64,000 nt of DNA from Octopus vulgaris (taxonomy: Eukaryota), in NCBI GenBank assembly GCA_951406725.2, contig OX597829.1, positions 43,648,001 to 43,712,000 of the forward strand. The letters are read 5' to 3'. How positions within the stretch are numbered: the first letter of the stretch is position 1; every line of letters starts with the position of its first letter. The translations under genes were made by a program, and so were the position numbers. The notes under the pieces were generated by a model. It saw nothing but the letters and a program-made list of their open reading frames with translations. It did no database searches and was not told the origin of the DNA. This document shows, piece by piece, positions 59,195-64,000 of this stretch.

Positions 59195-59987
59195 GTGAGT
59201 GTGTGTGTGTGAGTGAGTGTGCGTGTGTGTGTGTGTCTATGTGTGTCTGTGTGTACGCACATACACATATGCATATATACATGCATACCTAAACATATAT
59301 GTATATGCACATATACATGCATACATATACACACATTCGCTCACACTTAAAAGCATAAACACATATATATGCATATTTATGTATACACATATATACATTT
59401 TCATATGTATATACGCTCCCACACACTTACACACAAACACACACACACGCATCCGTATACATATGTATTTGTATGTGTGAGTTTGTATGTGTATATATGT
59501 ACGAATGTTTAAAAAGTACGTGTTAGTATCGTTTTAGGTTATTTCATTTAGAGTATGTCTTGCATTTGGCTAAATTTGATTTCGGTCAGCGTATGTTCAA
59601 TGCTGACTTATTCATTTTTTCTTAATACAATCTCCGTTGGCATTTTATTCGATTCTTGCAAAAATAATCTCCATGGTAAATACTTAATGAAGCAAACACC
59701 GAACTGGAAAATTTTTGAGATTAATTAAAGTTTTTTCATAATTAATTGCAATTATGATTTTTCTTTTCGACGGTTTAACCATATTTGTGGGCGACTTATA
59801 GTGTTTACTAATATTGGAGTTGGAGAGGTGATAAAGCTTGTTAAACGCCATATATCGTTCTTATTCTTGCTCGCTGTTTTCCATGTAACGTGTCGGTTAT
59901 ATACAAGAATTCTTCATATTTGTGCGTGTGCATGTGTGTGCGTAAGCGCGCGCGCGTGTGTGTGTGGTGGGGGTTTAATATAAATAT

Positions 59988-60396
59988 GCGTAGGAGTGGC
60001 TGTGTGGTAAGTAGCTTGCCAACCAGCCACACAGTCCCGGGTTCAGTCCCACTGCGTGGCACCTTGGCCAAGTGTCTTCTACTATAGCCTCGGGCTGACC
60101 AAAAGCTTGTGAGTGGATTTGATTGACGGAAACTGAAAGAAGCCCGTCGTATATATGTATGTATATATATATGCATGTGTGTATATGTTTGTGTGTCTGT
60201 GTTTGTCTCCCCAACATCGCTTGACAACCGATGCTGGTGTGTTTACGTCCCCGTAACTTAGCGGTTCGGCAAAAGGGACCGATAGAATAAGTACTAAAGT
60301 ACTAGGCTTACAAAGAATAAGTTCTGGGGTCGATTTCCTCGAATAAAGGCGGTGCTCCAGCATGGCCACAGTTAAATGACTTGAAACAAGTAAAAG
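59988..60396 (+). mobile_element. SINE family A, full-length
   Basis: Matches 24493-24900. Confidence 0.9.
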
Positions 60397-60407
60397 TGTA
60401 TATGGTA

Positions 60408-60738
60408 AAACTGCATGTTTTAATGGCTAGAGTATTCGGCTCATGATCACAAGGTCGTGAGTTCGACTCCCAGTGGTGCGAAGTGCCCTTGAGCAAAACA
60501 TTTTATTCCACGTTGCTACAGTCTACTCAGCTGGAAAAATTGAGTTGTACCTGTAATCTAAAGGGCCTCCCTTGTCACACTCTGTGTCGTGTTGAATATC
60601 CCTTCCCTGGGGACTATGTTAAGGGGTACATGTGTCTGTTTGGTGCTCAGCCAATTGTAGGTTCATTTCACGAGCAGGCTCTTCCGTCGATCGGATCCAC
60701 TGGAACGCTTGTCGTCGTAACTGACAGATTGCCAGTTT
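60408..60738 (+). mobile_element. Degenerate tRNA-derived SINE (family D-like)
   Basis: B-box gagttcgactccc followed by gtgcccttgagcaaaacattttattccac. Confidence 0.55.
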
Positions 60739-60754
60739 TGTGCACATGTACACT

Positions 60755-60793
<39 letters not shown>

Positions 60794-60844
60794 ATATACA
60801 CACACAGTCTTACACAAAGATCTATATTTCTTCCTATATTTCCT

Positions 60845-61175
60845 ACAACGATGAATTCTTTTCCGATTCGGTCAGGAATGACATTTAGGAACGTCTCCAG
60901 CCAGTATTGTTTGGCTACTGTTACGTATATGTGGGGAATCGAGGTGTAGAGGTTTATTACATGGAATGAAACCAGGAGGGAGTCCTTGTGGGTTTTGTTC
61001 GGGAGATGGTTTAAAATGTCCAGATCATCCCTTATAAAACTCGGAGAACTGGTTTTAGTGAGGACGTCAATAAAGTTGCTGAATCTGTGTGTCTCAAACG
61101 AAGGACCGACCACAATTGGTCTCATTCTCAGATCTCGCGTGTGTGGAATATTTATGACTACAGATGTTGATTAGT
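60845..61175 (-). mobile_element. Penelope-like element reverse transcriptase fragment
   Basis: RPIVVGPSFETHRFSNFIDVL...SFIRDDLDILNHLP...LVSFHVINLYTSIPH matches PLE RT motifs RPI(V/I) and SFDVxxLYTxIP; the catalytic D is mutated to H. Confidence 0.8.
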
Positions 61176-61290
61176 TACAGGCTTCGTTTAGCTACAGGTA
61201 CACACAAGCACACACACACATACAGTGAGAGAAAGAAGAGACAAACAGATACAGATAGCGAAACAGATGAATTGGTAGATAAATAGACAG

Positions 61291-61577
<287 letters not shown>

Positions 61578-61878
61578 ATCATGTATAGATAGATATAGAC
61601 ATATATATGTATATGATGTGTGTGTTTGGAGGTGTGTGTGTGTGCACGTGCGTGCATAGGTATGCTTGTGTTTGTCCCCCACCACTTGACAAGTTTGGTC
61701 ATAGAGAACGATAGAATAAAATTCAAACCTCAAAACGAAGTACTTGGGTCAACTTATTCAAGTTGTTGTCTCTACATGGCCGCAGTCCAGTGGATGAAAC
61801 AGGCAAAAAATTACAGACATCAATGAATAGTGTATGATGCTATTCAAACACGGTCAAGCATGAAACAGGCTACGAAAA

Positions 61879-62735
61879 TATGAGTCGCTATCAAAAGGTT
61901 CCCGGGCTTGTTATGTTTTATAAAAAATAATTTATTTACCCAAGTTTTAACATTACCTACTTTGAACCGTAATACACCGGTCCCAGTGTTCATACCACTT
62001 TTGGAATTCGGAATGGAAGTCGTTTTCTGTAAGCGAGTCGAAGACTTTCTGCGATTCGCTCTAGATGTAAATAATGGTGTTAAAAGGGCGACCTTTGAGC
62101 TGAATATTTATCTTGGGGTAAAGATAAAAGTCCGCAGGCGAATACGGTGGGTGCAGAAGCGATACTATGTTTTTGGCGAAAAGGTCACGAGGGAAGAGAG
62201 CACGGTGAAGAATCCAAATCTTTACGCACCACGAATGTGGTCACTTTCGTAGAATGTCCTCCCTCAAACGTTTCAAAACGTGGCAGTAGAATTCTCGATT
62301 GAAGGGCTGGCCCCGGAGGACGAATTTTCGATACAAAATACCACATTTCCAGGGATGACGCTCATGGCATATTTTCCAGATCTTTAATCGTCTTCCAGGG
62401 ATTTTTCTTCCGCTTTTAAAGCGGCTGTACCACTCGAAACATTGCGTTTGACCCATTGCTTCGTCGTTGTAAGCTTGCCGAAGCATGCTCAATGTCTCTG
62501 TAGCAGACTTCTCAAGTTTAACGCAAAATCTCACGTTGGCTCTTTGTTCCTGTCCACGTCAAAATCGCAGACTACAGCATACACGGGATCATAAAAACAC
62601 ACATTTCACAACTTGCAAAATAACAGTCCACTGCCCCGTGAAGGTCACCGTTAGCTCTCTGCACACGCAACCGTGTGCTGCCATCTGCTGGCGCGCTACC
62701 GAACTAGTCCGTGAACTTTTTGATATCACCTCGTA
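61879..62735 (-). mobile_element. Internally deleted mariner with both TIRs (~857 bp including TA flanks)
   Basis: TIRs ta-tgagtcgctatcaaaaggttcccgg / ccgtgaactttttgatatcacctcg-ta. FCVKLEKSATETLSMLRQAY...FEWYSRFKSGR is a mariner HTH. Homologous to 24982-25790. Confidence 0.9.
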
Positions 62736-63569
62736 TATTCAACTGATCTTACTACTTCCATGTTTTCTACATACCTTTCTTTGTCAACTGTTATATTTTT
62801 GAAATACTGTTTTATTCCGTCTTGCTTTTCATCTTTTAATCGGGAGGAAGGCAATAACCACGACTTTTCTCGGGGCCTCCGAGACAATTAGTGAGAAGGG
62901 CTGAAAGTGTCCTCAAATTGAAGTCCAGGCCCGAATGCTTACAACAAAGTAAACTCCACTAAAGCACCCAAAGGGTTACGTGATGGTGTTAAGCCGGCCG
63001 ACGAGTTACGTCTCCCCAAGGAGGTCAAACCAGGTTCTGAAGTTAAAATGCAATGAACTAGAAAGAAAAATCCCCAAAAGCATCTTGTCACGTGATCTTT
63101 CAGATCCTCCAAAGCATTGCTCCTGATTGGAACATTTCTTTTTTCTTAGCTACACTGCAAGGCTGAAAGGTCAATGTTGACACTGGCAGAATTTGAACTG
63201 AAAGTGCTCCGACTGAATAAATACTGTTGTTTACAAACTGTAAACTGGTGCATTAACCGTAAGGCCATAATTCAGTCTTCTATTTAGATTTTCTCTGTTA
63301 AGCACTGTCTGGTTTAAGTGCTTTGTCTACATGTGTCTTTGTTTTTTGTTTTTTTTTACAATAAACTATCTTAGTCGCTGCGATCATTTCGTTATACACG
63401 GCAGTCGACTTGGAGACCCGAGGTGTTTTGCATTGTGAGGTCAAATGTTGCCGAGATCAAAATTAGCATTTTCATACATCTAGGATCAATATGTAATGTA
63501 TAAGTGAAATAGTGGGATCGATATTTGTTTTGTTTGTCTCTGTCTTTTTGTCTCTTTGTCTCGCTCTCT

Positions 63570-63907
<338 letters not shown>

Positions 63908-64000
63908 TTGAAAGACCTATCTTTTTCTCTCTTTATGTCTCACACCTAATAATTGGTTACGCTGCTTTGTGCGATGGTTGTAAGGCGACCACTCTCTGTG

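Noticed and set aside
63941-63948. T-box half-site TCACACCT as an autoregulatory element
   Set aside because: A single 8-mer is expected by chance in 64 kb.

Overview
AT-rich, microsatellite-saturated animal genomic DNA. The SINE families and repeat landscape suggest an octopus (coleoid cephalopod) genome; this is inference from pattern recognition, not a database result. The only credible host coding sequence is 2-1159 (+), the C-terminal coding part of a probable Tbx2/3 (optomotor-blind-like) T-box gene, with RFSPY and ELxxIxRMxxGL motifs. The remaining ~63 kb is 3' UTR or intergenic. It holds many tRNA-derived SINEs of at least 4 families, decayed LINEs (Tx1, RTE, CR1-group, two R4/Dong-like RLE fragments, a Penelope RT fragment), three mariner relics, a mariner MITE and simple repeats. 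Nearly all other ORFs in the track are microsatellite read-throughs. The strongest unexplained signals are: (1) type I hammerhead-ribozyme motifs, namely one with an intact core at 33001-33084 (-) and four minimal ones in two ~200-bp dispersed element families next to (TA)n, together with perfect 71-bp and 108-bp fold-back palindromes and a Penelope RT relic; (2) a Tx1-like LINE that appears to target (GATA)n and shares its 3' tail with an abundant Nin/Deu-like SINE. Element boundaries were read by eye and are approximate unless stated.
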